64,000 nt of DNA from Candidatus Bathyarchaeota archaeon (GTDB taxonomy: Archaea; Thermoproteota; Bathyarchaeia; Bathyarchaeales; Bathycorpusculaceae): the NCBI GenBank assembly GCA_963702095.1, contig OY969706.1, forward strand, positions 2,528,001 through 2,592,000, written 5' to 3'. A program made the position numbers and the translations under genes. Under the pieces are notes generated by a model. The model saw nothing but the letters and a program-made list of their open reading frames with translations, was not told the DNA's origin and did no database searches. Position 1 is the first letter of the stretch. Every line of letters begins with the position of its first letter. This document shows positions 1-9,986 of the stretch, piece by piece.

Positions 1-678
1 GAAATCTTTGACCGGGGGCTACCTTGGGTTTGGAAATCCATTTCACTTCGGTTTTACTCATCTACCCTCATCGGTTTACATGAGTACTACCGAGCTATTC
101 CAGACGAAAACCTCAAAAAAACCGCTGAAAAACTCGGCAGCCACCTCGTCCACTGCTTCCATGACCAAGCAAAGGATGATTGGCGGTGGTTTGAACCCCA
201 CTTAACCTACGACAACGCCCGCTTAACAGAGGCGCTGTTTGTGGCGTATTTGATGGTTAAAGAAAAAGAGTTTTTGGATGTGGCGGTGGAGTCGATGGGG
301 TTTCTGTTAAAGACGCAGATGATAAACGGCGTGTATGTGCCCATAGGCAACGACGGCTGGTACAAGCGGGGCGGCAACAGACCCGTCTATGACCAGCAAC
401 CCTTGGAAGCCACTGCTATGGTAGCCGCAGCCGTAGACGGCTACTTCGCCACTAAAAACCGGCGTTACCTCAACGTGGCTAACTTGGCGTTTGGGTGGTT
501 TTTGGGTAGAAACAGCCTCAAAGCCATGGTGTACAGCCCCCGAACATACGGGTGCTGTGACGGCATATGTGCAGACCGTGTAAACCGCAATCAAGGCGCC
601 GAATCCTCCATTTCCTATTTGCTGGCGCGGCTAAAACTTGAAGAGGTCAGGCGGGGGTTGTGGCAGAAGAGAATTTAA
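1..678 (+). CDS. 5'-truncated glycosyltransferase-associated (alpha/alpha)6 C-terminal domain protein
   Basis: Frame 1 is open from base 1 (EIFDRGLPWVW...WRWFEPHLTYDNARL) into the listed ORF 241-678; carries the WFE..LTYDNA, DQQP and NQGAES motifs of this family, which typically sits next to GH130. Confidence 0.75.
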   Translation, partial: EIFDRGLPWVWKSISLRFYSSTLIGLHEYYRAIPDENLKKTAEKLGSHLVHCFHDQAKDDWRWFEPHLTYDNARLTEALFVAYLMVKEKEFLDVAVESMGFLLKTQMINGVYVPIGNDGWYKRGGNRPVYDQQPLEATAMVAAAVDGYFATKNRRYLNVANLAFGWFLGRNSLKAMVYSPRTYGCCDGICADRVNRNQGAESSISYLLARLKLEEVRRGLWQKRI

Positions 679-732
679 GGGCCAGCCAACTGCTTGATTA
701 CATAGAACAACTGGTTTTTTGGGGTGATTTGA

Positions 733-1146
733 TTGTGTGAACCCATGCTTAAAGTAAAAGACATCATGTGCAAAACCGTTATCACAGCAAAAGAAGACAC
801 GAGCATAGAAAAAGCAGTTCAGTTGCTCAACGATAGGCATGTGGGGTCAGTTGTTATAGTGGATGACGAACAGAAGGTAGCGGGGATTTTTACTGAACGC
901 GACGCCATCCGCATCGTAGCAAACAAGTACTCCACAGAGGAGCCGCTGGGCAAAGTTATGAGCCGCAACGTTGTCACGGTTTCGCTTGAAGCCTCCTTTG
1001 ACCAAGCCAAACAGCTAATGATGTCCCATAACATCAGGCATTTACCGGTCACAGACCAAACAGGGAAACTCATTGGAATGTTCTCTTTGCGTGCCTTCTT
1101 CGACGAGGTTTTAGGAATCAAAACGCCGATTTCAGAGGCAGAATAG
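733..1146 (+). CDS. CBS domain pair protein
   Basis: Two CBS repeats (VKDIM...GSVVIVD...GIFTERD; VMSRNVVTV...IRHLPV); start may be ATG at 745. Confidence 0.9.
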   Translation: MCEPMLKVKDIMCKTVITAKEDTSIEKAVQLLNDRHVGSVVIVDDEQKVAGIFTERDAIRIVANKYSTEEPLGKVMSRNVVTVSLEASFDQAKQLMMSHNIRHLPVTDQTGKLIGMFSLRAFFDEVLGIKTPISEAE

Positions 1147-1155
1147 GAATGGGTA

Positions 1156-2058
1156 ATGGAACGGTATCTGGGTAACCCGATTTTAAAACCCATTGAGGTG
1201 CATGCTTGGGAGTCAAGAGAAGTCTTCAACCCAGCCGCCGTCTACCTCAACGGCAAAGTTCATCTGCTCTACCGGGCAATGGGAAATGACAATGTTTCTA
1301 GAATCGGCTACGCCGCCACAACCGACGGCTTCCACATCGATGAACGCCTGTCCACCCCGGTTTATGTGCCTAAATCCAACTGCGAAAAAGACGGTTGCGA
1401 AGACCCGCGGATAACCCAACTCGACGACCAACTCATCATGGCGTACACGGCACTACGAGAGTACAGCCACCTCCAAGTTTACCAAGTCGCCTTAACCACT
1501 ATTAGAAAAGACGATTTTCTGGGGCGCAGATGGAACTGGACTGCTAGAAGACTGCCTTTTCCGGGCATACGCAACAAAGACGCAGTCGTGTTCCCCGAGA
1601 AAATCAACGGCAGATACGTGATGCTGCACCGCATCGACCCTGACCTCTGTATAGGCTTCTCTGACGATTTGGAGCATTGGTGTGATATCCGATCAGTTAT
1701 GAAGCCGCGTGCTAAGGGCTGGGATAACTGGAAAATCGGCGTCGGCGGCACACCGATAAAGATGGATGATTACTGGCTTGTGGTTTACCATGGTGTCAGC
1801 GTTGAACGCCTCTACTCGCTGGGCGTTGTGTTGCTGGATAAAAACAACCCTGAACGTGTGCTCTACCGCTCCAGAAGACCGATTTTGTCACCTAAAATGG
1901 ATTATGAGCGCTTCGGCAAAGTGCCCAATGTCGTGTTCAGCTGTGGAAACGTGGTTATCGGCAATGAACTCTTCGTGTATTATGGCGCCGCTGACAACGT
2001 AATCTGTGTTGCCCAGGTGAAACTGGAGAGTCTTCTTGCCTCACTGCGCACAAACTAG
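1156..2058 (+). CDS. GH130-family glycosidase/mannoside phosphorylase (PH1107-like)
   Basis: NPIL, VFNPAA, LLYRA, GCEDPRI, NKD, YHGV and VPNVVF motifs of the five-bladed GH130 fold. Confidence 0.9.
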   Translation: MERYLGNPILKPIEVHAWESREVFNPAAVYLNGKVHLLYRAMGNDNVSRIGYAATTDGFHIDERLSTPVYVPKSNCEKDGCEDPRITQLDDQLIMAYTALREYSHLQVYQVALTTIRKDDFLGRRWNWTARRLPFPGIRNKDAVVFPEKINGRYVMLHRIDPDLCIGFSDDLEHWCDIRSVMKPRAKGWDNWKIGVGGTPIKMDDYWLVVYHGVSVERLYSLGVVLLDKNNPERVLYRSRRPILSPKMDYERFGKVPNVVFSCGNVVIGNELFVYYGAADNVICVAQVKLESLLASLRTN

Positions 2059-3113
2059 GCGGCTTTTATTATGTGGTAGCCTGAAGCTTTACGCAGTCGA
2101 TTCATCACAGCTAACCCAAGCCCCTCAGAGGGCACACATTCGGCGACAATAACATCCACGCCTTCGGCGTCCACTTCACGGAGCAGGCGGAAGAGACTCT
2201 GCGCGACTGTGGAGAGGTTAACACGGCTGCCCATGGATTTAACCACGTCGGCTTTGTAGGCGGATTGGGTTTGGTCGGTAGCTAAAATACCCACTTTTGA
2301 GCCTCCAGCCCGGTAAGATTCAGCCAACTCCCCAACCTTCCTTACAACCGCGTCTAGGTTACCCTCAACAAGGATGACTACTGCTTTGGGTGCATAATGC
2401 TTATGTTTCATGCCGGGTGAACGGGCTTTTTCTTGTTCCAATTCATGCTCCGCCAAAACAAACGGGTGAAGCTGCAGGCTGGGCAACACTTTTTTTAGTA
2501 TCTCAAACGGGGTTCCGCCGGGCCTCAGAAGCATCGGGGGGTCACTGCTTAAGTCGACGACAGTGGATTCTACCCCTATGTTGGCGGCTCCTCCATCGAT
2601 GATGGCATCGATGCGTCCGTTGAGGTCTTCGTAGACATGCAGTGCAGTGGTTGGGCTGGGTTTGCCTGAGAGGTTGGCGCTTGGAGCCGCGATGGGACAA
2701 CGGCTCTGTCGGATTAATGCGAGGGCAACCTTGTGCTGGGGCATACGGATGGCTACTGTGTCGAGCCCCGCCACGGATTCATTGGGCACTTTGCTTGAAT
2801 GCCTAAAAACTAGGGTCAAGGGTCCGGGCCAAAACTGCTTCATAAGCAACTCCGCCTGCTCTGTCACCTCAACCACTAAAGGGTAAACCTCAGAGAAATC
2901 AGCTACATGCACAATCGGCGGGTTATCCAATGGGCGATTTTTAGCGGCAAACAACCTCAAAACCGCTTCCGCATTGAGCGCGTCTGCGCCAAGCCCATAA
3001 ACGGTTTCAGTGGGAAACGCAACCAAGCCGCCCCTTCGGATGATTTGGGCTGCCTGCTCAATCTTTGCTAGGTCAGGGTTGTCTGGGTCAACTTTTAGCA
3101 GTAGCGTCTTCAT
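2055..3113 (-). CDS. sua5: L-threonylcarbamoyladenylate synthase Sua5
   Basis: VAFPTETVYGLGA, KNRPxDNP, WPGPLT, APSANLSG, and a C-terminal SPGMKHKHYAP Sua5 domain. Confidence 0.95.
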   Translation of the reverse strand: MKTLLLKVDPDNPDLAKIEQAAQIIRRGGLVAFPTETVYGLGADALNAEAVLRLFAAKNRPLDNPPIVHVADFSEVYPLVVEVTEQAELLMKQFWPGPLTLVFRHSSKVPNESVAGLDTVAIRMPQHKVALALIRQSRCPIAAPSANLSGKPSPTTALHVYEDLNGRIDAIIDGGAANIGVESTVVDLSSDPPMLLRPGGTPFEILKKVLPSLQLHPFVLAEHELEQEKARSPGMKHKHYAPKAVVILVEGNLDAVVRKVGELAESYRAGGSKVGILATDQTQSAYKADVVKSMGSRVNLSTVAQSLFRLLREVDAEGVDVIVAECVPSEGLGLAVMNRLRKASGYHIIKAA

Positions 3114-3604
3114 TTCAGTTGCCTTTTCTTTTGGAGCACCACTGAGGTTTCAATTTGGCGCTCTGGGATATTCCAGTAAGTCTTGAGTTGCTTATTTGTT
3201 TCTTCCCTAGAAAGTAATTTGAACCCGTTTTTCTGGTAGAAACCAATAGCCCATGACGCTGCTATCCATGTGCCCACCAGAATCAGGTCTGTTTCTGCTA
3301 AGTCCATGAGATGTTTGAGGAGTTTCTCGCCGAGTCCCTGCCGCTGGCAACCTGTAAGCGTGTAGGCATGGCGGATCAATGTGACCCTGCCAACGGGTTG
3401 GATTCCCATGACCGCCACTACTTTGCCGTTTTGGATGTAACCGTAGAATTGGACGCCAGAGCTGATTTCTTCTCGGAGCTCTTCTTTGGGCATGTAGGGT
3501 TCTTTCCACCGGTCCGCTGGGATTTTGTCCTTGTAGGCGACTGCGGCGTCGTTTACTATGGCGTAGATGGCTTGGAAGTCGTTCTCTCCGAGTTTGCGGA
3601 TCAT
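3110..3604 (-). CDS. GNAT family N-acetyltransferase
   Basis: QRQGLG acetyl-CoA motif and AIGFYQKNGF; overlaps the sua5 start. Confidence 0.85.
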   Translation of the reverse strand: MIRKLGENDFQAIYAIVNDAAVAYKDKIPADRWKEPYMPKEELREEISSGVQFYGYIQNGKVVAVMGIQPVGRVTLIRHAYTLTGCQRQGLGEKLLKHLMDLAETDLILVGTWIAASWAIGFYQKNGFKLLSREETNKQLKTYWNIPERQIETSVVLQKKRQLK

Positions 3605-3609
3605 GCCGG

Positions 3610-3996
3610 TCAGATGGCTTCGGGTTCTTTTTTGCTGTCTTTTTTTAGCACTTTGTCGATTAGGTGCATGAAGAATTCTTGCGCTTGGACCTCGTTAACT
3701 TGGTCAAGGTAGACCGATACGATGGCGATTTTGCCTTTCTTGGCAGCCACGTACTCTGCGAACATGCGGGCAGAGATAACGTGTTTATCGCCCAGCAATA
3801 CAGATGAGGTGATTGAACCAAGCATGTCGTGGGGTTTAGGAACAGCAATCGCCATAGTGCCCAGTTTGTCGTCTTTTTCGCTAAGCATTACCATGATACT
3901 GTTTTTAGCTTCCACGTAAACGACTAAGAAGCGGTGTTCCTGCTGCTGGATTTCCTCTTTTATGACGTTGGCACGGTCGAAATCCTTACGTTCCAA
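3610..3996 (-). CDS. hypothetical protein, possibly proteasome-assembly-chaperone-like
   Basis: 128-aa ORF in an operon with GNAT/sua5; LGTMAIAVP...SSVLLG resembles small archaeal PAC-like proteins (weak). Confidence 0.55.
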   Translation of the reverse strand: MERKDFDRANVIKEEIQQQEHRFLVVYVEAKNSIMVMLSEKDDKLGTMAIAVPKPHDMLGSITSSVLLGDKHVISARMFAEYVAAKKGKIAIVSVYLDQVNEVQAQEFFMHLIDKVLKKDSKKEPEAI

Positions 3997-4189
3997 ATGT
4001 CTCTCCCTCTGCGCTCTGGTATTGCTTTAATGGCTTAAAAAGACTTCACACAAAAACAACGCAGTTTTTGCCCATGACCCAGCCAAAATAGAATATACTG
4101 CTCTATAGGGGAAACTATCAATTTGGGGTTGTTTATGGCAAAACCTTAAGGGGCATCGCCTACAAACCAGTCTACTGCGGGCTTTAACC

Positions 4190-5482
4190 ATGAGCAGCAA
4201 CAGGCGCATGAAGAAGTTTTTGGTTCCCACCATCCTCATCGCCATCATCGTTGTCTCAGCGTTCGCCACTCAGCAGGTCTACTTTAACGGCAGCCAAGAA
4301 AGCCTACCCATACCATACGTAGGCGTTGCCTTCGCTGGAAACACAACCACACAAGCCATCGAACAAATTGACCGAGTAAAAACTTACACTAACCTTTTCA
4401 TTTTGGATTCAGGCAGAAACCCCATCAGTCGCAACGAGTCAGCGGTCTATCAAATCTGCGATTATGCCGTCGCCAATGGATTGAACGTAATACTCAATTT
4501 AGGCATCAACGACATCATCCAAACCAACGAATCCACATGGTTTTGGCAGGAATCCATGACCGACATAAAACAGAACTTCACCCAACGCTGGGGAGCCAAA
4601 TTCATAGGCGTATACTATAACGATGAACCCGGCGGCATCCAGTTGGACGGCGACTGGACAGCATGGTACAAAACGTTCGGGTCGCATCTCAGCCAACTCA
4701 GCCAAACCCAGAATCCCGCATTCCAAGACCTCTACCAGATGTACCTCAAAATGCTCGCTTATGCAGAAAACGGCACCAAACCCGCCGACTACGATTTAGA
4801 AACAAGCTTTTTCGTAAACCATGTAGTGGCTGAAGACCCCGGATTAGTGGCGCTCAACAAAGCTCAAATCAGCACCTTCACCTCCGATTATGCGCTTTAC
4901 TGGTTTGACTACTTAGGCACTTACGATGTCATGTTTACAGAGTTAGGTTGGAATGAAAGCATTGCCCAGCAGATAGACCTCGTCAAAGGCGCGGCCAGGC
5001 TTATGGATAAAGACTGGGGCGCCATGGTCACCTGGAAATATATGGATGTACCATTTCTGGATACCGGAGGCCAGATTTACGATCAAATGCTAATGGCTTA
5101 CCAAGCTGGCGCCAAATACATCGCAATTTTCAATTACGCCAAAGACGACAAAGGCAACACCGCCGCCGCCATGACTGACGAACACTACCTTGCGCTGGAG
5201 CGGTTCTGGAACGACATGCACACCGAAAAATTCGCGGACTTAAGTAAGCCTGAGGCTGTGCTGGTTTTGCCGCATAACTACGGGTGGGGCATGCGTAACC
5301 CCACCGACACGATCTGGGGTTTTTGGCCTCCGGATGACAGGTCCGTGCAAGTGGGAACCGTCATGAGTCATTTGCTCGCCAAATACGGTGCCAGCCTCGA
5401 CATAGTCTACGAGGACTCCATGTACCCAATATCGAAGGTAGACTACCAGCATGTGTACTATTGGAACACAACAAATGTCTAG
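4190..5482 (+). CDS. secreted or membrane-anchored hypothetical protein
   Basis: Long ORF with an N-terminal hydrophobic signal (MKKFLVPTILIAIIVVSAFA; likely start 4208) and a YYNDEPGG motif suggestive of a TIM-barrel/glycoside-hydrolase-like fold. Confidence 0.7.
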   Translation: MSSNRRMKKFLVPTILIAIIVVSAFATQQVYFNGSQESLPIPYVGVAFAGNTTTQAIEQIDRVKTYTNLFILDSGRNPISRNESAVYQICDYAVANGLNVILNLGINDIIQTNESTWFWQESMTDIKQNFTQRWGAKFIGVYYNDEPGGIQLDGDWTAWYKTFGSHLSQLSQTQNPAFQDLYQMYLKMLAYAENGTKPADYDLETSFFVNHVVAEDPGLVALNKAQISTFTSDYALYWFDYLGTYDVMFTELGWNESIAQQIDLVKGAARLMDKDWGAMVTWKYMDVPFLDTGGQIYDQMLMAYQAGAKYIAIFNYAKDDKGNTAAAMTDEHYLALERFWNDMHTEKFADLSKPEAVLVLPHNYGWGMRNPTDTIWGFWPPDDRSVQVGTVMSHLLAKYGASLDIVYEDSMYPISKVDYQHVYYWNTTNV

Positions 5483-5510
5483 TATATCGAAATATTGGGG
5501 GAACGTTTTC

Positions 5511-5642
5511 TTTTTTTAGTGTTAGAAGAATAGGATGCCGCCCTTACTCATCATCTTCTCAGGGACATGGCAAGCAACTGTGTTTTGCGTTCGGCAATAG
5601 AGATGCGATGCTGGCTGGTTGAGGGCAAATCCTCAAGCAGAA
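5511..5642 (+). repeat. dispersed ~130-bp intergenic repeat, subfamily B copy
   Basis: Aligns without gaps to 54606-54736 (tagtgttagaWgaa...gccgcccttRctcatcWtcttc...gttttgcgttc.gcaat.ga.atg...tggttg.gggcaaatcc.caagcaga); lies between convergent genes. Confidence 0.85.
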
Positions 5643-5663
5643 CCAAAAAAACCCTTTGACTCT

Positions 5664-6386
5664 CTAGAAGGGCTCGTAGTATCTGGGGTCCGAGTATCTG
5701 CTTTGCTTGAAAATCGTATAGCCTGCTGCGCCCCCGATTACTGCGCCAAGGGTGAAGCTGATAATGATCCATGAGTTGAAGGTTGGAAACGGGTTATGAA
5801 ACCCCAACTGAACCAGCCCCGCCAACAATAAGCCACCTCCAAAAAACAGACCCACCGCACCCGCGAATGCTCCAGCAGCGATTATCGAGAGTTGAGCACC
5901 CAGCATTTGACGGTTCGGCTGCATCATTGACCTCTTAACCCTTGCCTTCTCGGCGGCGATTAGGAAAACAAAGGCTAAAACCGCCGTCAACAGGTACTCG
6001 GCAAACGGCTCCAGCAAAATCACTCCTGAAAGGAACAGCCCAAAATCCAAAGCAACCATCGCGACGGAGAAGAGGCTTACCACGATCATGTAGCCCCTTG
6101 GAAAAGGCGCTTCAATCTGTGACTGGCTCTTCCTCGCTGCTAAATCTTGTACGAGGTTGGCGGCAAGTTTTCCCTTATCAGTCAAGACATAGAGTCCCCC
6201 GCTGTCTTTCGTAACTAACTCGCTTAGGACTTTTAGGTGGTAGTTGAGTTTGCCCGTGTTGCTTATTCCAAGTGCCGTCATTAAGTCGGTGTAGCTTTGG
6301 CTGCCTTTCTCGTTTAGTAACGCAACGATTTTTCTTCTTTTTTCGTCCTTGAGTACTTTGTGCAGGGATTCAAGTCCAGAGGGCAT
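5664..6386 (-). CDS. ArsR-like winged-HTH protein with C-terminal transmembrane helices
   Basis: LKDEKRRKIV...SYTDLM...NTGKLNYHLKVL HTH followed by ~4 hydrophobic segments. Confidence 0.8.
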   Translation of the reverse strand: MPSGLESLHKVLKDEKRRKIVALLNEKGSQSYTDLMTALGISNTGKLNYHLKVLSELVTKDSGGLYVLTDKGKLAANLVQDLAARKSQSQIEAPFPRGYMIVVSLFSVAMVALDFGLFLSGVILLEPFAEYLLTAVLAFVFLIAAEKARVKRSMMQPNRQMLGAQLSIIAAGAFAGAVGLFFGGGLLLAGLVQLGFHNPFPTFNSWIIISFTLGAVIGGAAGYTIFKQSRYSDPRYYEPF

Positions 6387-6459
6387 ACGGGTAATGGGGC
6401 TATGATGGGATTTTAGGGTTTTTGATAAAAAAAGTTATCAACGGCGTCAGAGGGGCAAC

Positions 6460-7329
6460 CTAACTTTTTTGCTTCTCGGCTGCAACCTGTTGAAGCGTCG
6501 CCTTCATTTTCCGTGCATCCACATCCAGAATTGGCGATTCACAGATCATCGTGGGGTGCAGCCCAAACTCCACAATCACCTCGGCAAGCCAGCGGAAATC
6601 GGGTCCGTAGCCTTCGTCGAGGGTGTGGTGTTTTCTTTCTCCTTGGGCATTGAATTCGATGGCGCTGAAGTGGCAGTGCATGCTCCGCAGTGTTTCAGTG
6701 CCCAGTTCCTCCTCCACTTTCAAGGCGACGGCTCGCATGTCCTCCATTTTTTTGAAGGTTCCCTGATGCAACGCATGGAGGTGCCCCCAGTCGATGACCA
6801 ACTGCGTACCCTCGACTTCGCGGTTTATGGCGATGATTTCGTCGATGGTGCCCACTTGGAACTTGCGCCCCATCGTTTCAGGACCCAACTTGACTTTGAT
6901 GCCCAAAGATTTCATTTCGGCGCTGACTTCTTTGAGGCCTTGGATGCAGGTTTTAAGTGCATAGTCTTTTTCGAATTTGCCGTAGAAGCCCGTGTGGAAA
7001 ACCATGACGTAGGCATCCATCCAATCCGCCGCGGTTGCGCAGGCGATCATGCGGCGTTTGCTGGCTTCGACGACTTCGCGTTTGCCTGAGAGGTTTATGA
7101 AGTAGCTGCCATGCATGCTGAGGCGCACATCGTTTTTTTGGGCTTCTTCGCCGAGTTTGCGGGCTTCAACCTCTTTCATCTGCGGCTTAGGACCCCAGCG
7201 GACGGCTTGGTACTCAAACGCATCCAGTCCCTCCTCGTGTAGCAGCCTTGGCGTGTCGTTTGTTGCGGCGCCTAAGACGCGGAACATTGGCGGTACGCCT
7301 GCGGGTCCAAAACGGGTATGCTCAGACAT
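6460..7329 (-). CDS. nfo: endonuclease IV (AP endonuclease family 2)
   Basis: RFGPAG, SMHGSYFINL, FHTG, ETMG, DWGHLHA, HCHFS, HH and ICESP metal ligands. Confidence 0.85.
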   Translation of the reverse strand: MSEHTRFGPAGVPPMFRVLGAATNDTPRLLHEEGLDAFEYQAVRWGPKPQMKEVEARKLGEEAQKNDVRLSMHGSYFINLSGKREVVEASKRRMIACATAADWMDAYVMVFHTGFYGKFEKDYALKTCIQGLKEVSAEMKSLGIKVKLGPETMGRKFQVGTIDEIIAINREVEGTQLVIDWGHLHALHQGTFKKMEDMRAVALKVEEELGTETLRSMHCHFSAIEFNAQGERKHHTLDEGYGPDFRWLAEVIVEFGLHPTMICESPILDVDARKMKATLQQVAAEKQKS

Positions 7330-7376
7330 GAAATCCTCTGTATTTTAGGTTGTTCAATGCATCATTAAGGCTTTCT

Positions 7377-8159
7377 CTACAGCAGGCTCGTGATAGTTGG
7401 AATCGCCACGTAGAGTCGCGCGTAAACCGCTACAATTATGATTATTATGGTGATTGCCAAAAGCACGTAGTCGCCAGCACGTAGTTTTAGGGCGTAGAGG
7501 TTGGTGCGTTTTTTGCTTGCGCCCCATGCGCGGGACTCCATGGCTTCGGCGAGTTCGAGGCTGCGGCGGATGGCGCTCACGATTAAGGGGATAAGCACGG
7601 GTATGTAGTTGCGGATGCGCTTCATCAGATTGCCCTTCTCTAACTCTAAGCCGCGAGCTTTCTGGGCGTCCATAATGGTTTGGGCTTCCTCAGCCAAAAC
7701 TGGCACAAAGCGGACGGCTGTGGTGAATGCAAACGCGAATTCATAGGGAACCCGCGACGTCTCCAGTGCCAAGCCCAAATGATCCGGTGAAGTAGTTAAG
7801 AAGAACACCGAAAAAGACTCAACCAGCACAACAAAACGCAGGGTCATGGCTAATGCGCCTTCGATGATTGCTGCCGTTAAAGTGTAGCCATTTGTGAAGT
7901 AGGTGGTTCCAACGTTTAAAATAAAGATGAATGCTGCCAAGAAGGCTGCTCCACGCAACGAACGCAGCCACTGCTTCTGTACCCGCGCCAAAAACACAAA
8001 CGGCAACTGCATCAAGAAAAGGACAAGCAAGGGGATGATTTGGATGAAGAGAATGGCGGCGACGAATATGGCGATGACATAGATGAATTTGATGCGTGGG
8101 TCAAGGTTGTGGATGGGGCTTTTGACCTTGCGGAATTTTAAGCCGTCAAAAACACTCAC
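7377..8159 (-). CDS. ecfT: ECF transporter transmembrane component T
   Basis: LDPRIK, two AQKARG/AMESRA motifs, hydrophobic profile. Confidence 0.93.
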   Translation of the reverse strand: MSVFDGLKFRKVKSPIHNLDPRIKFIYVIAIFVAAILFIQIIPLLVLFLMQLPFVFLARVQKQWLRSLRGAAFLAAFIFILNVGTTYFTNGYTLTAAIIEGALAMTLRFVVLVESFSVFFLTTSPDHLGLALETSRVPYEFAFAFTTAVRFVPVLAEEAQTIMDAQKARGLELEKGNLMKRIRNYIPVLIPLIVSAIRRSLELAEAMESRAWGASKKRTNLYALKLRAGDYVLLAITIIIIIVAVYARLYVAIPTITSLL

Positions 8160-8980
8160 TTGCCCCGCTCCTCCCTAAGTTTTAGCAGTAACTTCTTTGC
8201 TTCATAGAGGTCAATGACGTCTTTGGGCAAGCCCAAACCGGATAGTTTAGTGAAGACCTGTGCCACCTGCGGCAGCACAATCGAGGACAACTCCAACATC
8301 GCGGGGTCGGTTAGGATTTCGCTGCCCACTCCGTCAGCGACGATTTTCCCCTCTTTCATCAATATGACGCGGGGGTTGCATTCTGCCACAAACTCCACGT
8401 CATGGGTCACTGTGACGACGGTTTTGCCCTGTGTCTGCATCTGCATGATGAATTGGCGCAGCTTCTCTTTCTGCTCATGGTCCTGCCCGATGGTGGGTTC
8501 GTCAAGAATCAAGGTTTTAGGGTTCCAAGCCAACACAGACGCCAACGCCACCCGTTTACGTTCGCCGCCGCTGAGTAGAAACGGCGAGGTTTTGCGGTAC
8601 TGAGTCAGCGAAAGAAGGTTAAGCGCCCACGTGACGCGTTCTTCGATGACGTTTGGTTCGAAGCCGAAGTTTTTGAGTGCAAAACTGATTTCTTCTTCGA
8701 CGGTTTCGCTGAAAAGTTGGTGGTCGGGGTTTTGGAATACGAAACCGACGTTTCGGGCTAGGGCGGCGACGCTGGATTTGGTGGTTGGGACGCCGTCGAT
8801 TTTGACTGTGCCAGAGGAGGGTTTGAGTAGTCCGTTGAAGTGTTTGACAAAGGTGGATTTGCCTGCGCCGTTTTGCCCCATGATGGCGACGAATTCGCCG
8901 TCTTTAACTGTGAGTGAAACGCCTTTTAGGGCTTCGACTTTGCTGGGGTAGCTGAAATGCACGTTTTCGGCTTCAATCAT
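8156..8980 (-). CDS. ecfA2: ECF transporter ATPase
   Basis: Walker A GQNGAGKS, FQNPDHQL, LSGGE, LDEPT. Confidence 0.92.
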   Translation of the reverse strand: MIEAENVHFSYPSKVEALKGVSLTVKDGEFVAIMGQNGAGKSTFVKHFNGLLKPSSGTVKIDGVPTTKSSVAALARNVGFVFQNPDHQLFSETVEEEISFALKNFGFEPNVIEERVTWALNLLSLTQYRKTSPFLLSGGERKRVALASVLAWNPKTLILDEPTIGQDHEQKEKLRQFIMQMQTQGKTVVTVTHDVEFVAECNPRVILMKEGKIVADGVGSEILTDPAMLELSSIVLPQVAQVFTKLSGLGLPKDVIDLYEAKKLLLKLREERGK

Positions 8981-9826
8981 TTAGCCGAGTGCCTCCAACA
9001 GTTGCTCCGCCAACTCCTCCGATGACAGCGGTGTTTTGTCGCCGAGGTTGAAGCCTTCTTTCTTTAGCATCTGATAGAGCAAGGTGGCTTTGGGAATGCC
9101 GACGCCGATTAAACGGGTTTCCTCGTTGCTTAGGATAACTCGGGGGTCGCCTTCCAATCGTACTGAGCCCTGATCCATGATGATGAGGTGGTTGGCATAT
9201 TTGGCGGTTAAATCCAGCCGGTGCTCAACTAGGACAACGGTAATGCCGTTTTCCTTGTTCAACTTGTAAATAACATCAAAAATCCTCTCAGCACTCAACG
9301 GATCCAAAAAAGAGGTTGGCTCATCAAGTACGATGATCTCTGGTTCCATTGCGAGAACCGACGCAATAGCCACCCGCTGCTGCTGTCCACCGCTAATCTC
9401 ATGCGGTGAGCGCTCGCGGATGCCGTAGATGTCGGTTTGGTTGAGTGCCCAATCGACTTTTTTACGCATCTCTTCGCGGTTGACTGCGACGTTTTCTAAG
9501 CCAAACGCCACGTCTTTTTCGACGGAGAGTGCGAAAAGCTGGTTTTCAGGGTTCTGAAACACTAAGCCAACGTGCTTAGCCATTTCGTAAGTGTGGTGGT
9601 CAAGGGTGTTTATGCCGGCGACGGCTATTTCGCCTTTTATTTCGCCTTGATAGAAATGGGGCACTAACCCGTTGAAGCATCGGCACAGAGTGGTTTTGCC
9701 GCAGCCGCTGGGCCCCGTAATCAAAACAAATTCGCCCCGCTCCACCTTTATAGACACGTCGCATATCGATGGTTTAGCGGCGCCGGGGTAGGTGTATGTG
9801 AGGTTCTTTGTTTCGATTATAGCCAT
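8981..9826 (-). CDS. ecfA1: ECF transporter ATPase
   Basis: GPSGCGKT, FQNPENQL, ISGGQQQR, LDEPT. Confidence 0.92.
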   Translation of the reverse strand: MAIIETKNLTYTYPGAAKPSICDVSIKVERGEFVLITGPSGCGKTTLCRCFNGLVPHFYQGEIKGEIAVAGINTLDHHTYEMAKHVGLVFQNPENQLFALSVEKDVAFGLENVAVNREEMRKKVDWALNQTDIYGIRERSPHEISGGQQQRVAIASVLAMEPEIIVLDEPTSFLDPLSAERIFDVIYKLNKENGITVVLVEHRLDLTAKYANHLIIMDQGSVRLEGDPRVILSNEETRLIGVGIPKATLLYQMLKKEGFNLGDKTPLSSEELAEQLLEALG

Positions 9827-9986
9827 TGTTTTAGTTTGCCCACCTTAAGCGTTACTGTTTGCTCATTTAAGCGTAGCTACACAGTTTTGTTTTTCATCTA
9901 AAAGTTTTGGCTGTAATTAAGAATTTCCGTTAAACCATCTAAACAAAACTAAAACTTCTAAACACCCGGCGTTTAGTAGTGACAAA

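Noticed and set aside
7377-9826. ECF transporter as a dedicated B12 importer
   Set aside because: No S-component is present in the window and the genes belong to the housekeeping pfdB-DHH block, so the substrate cannot be inferred.
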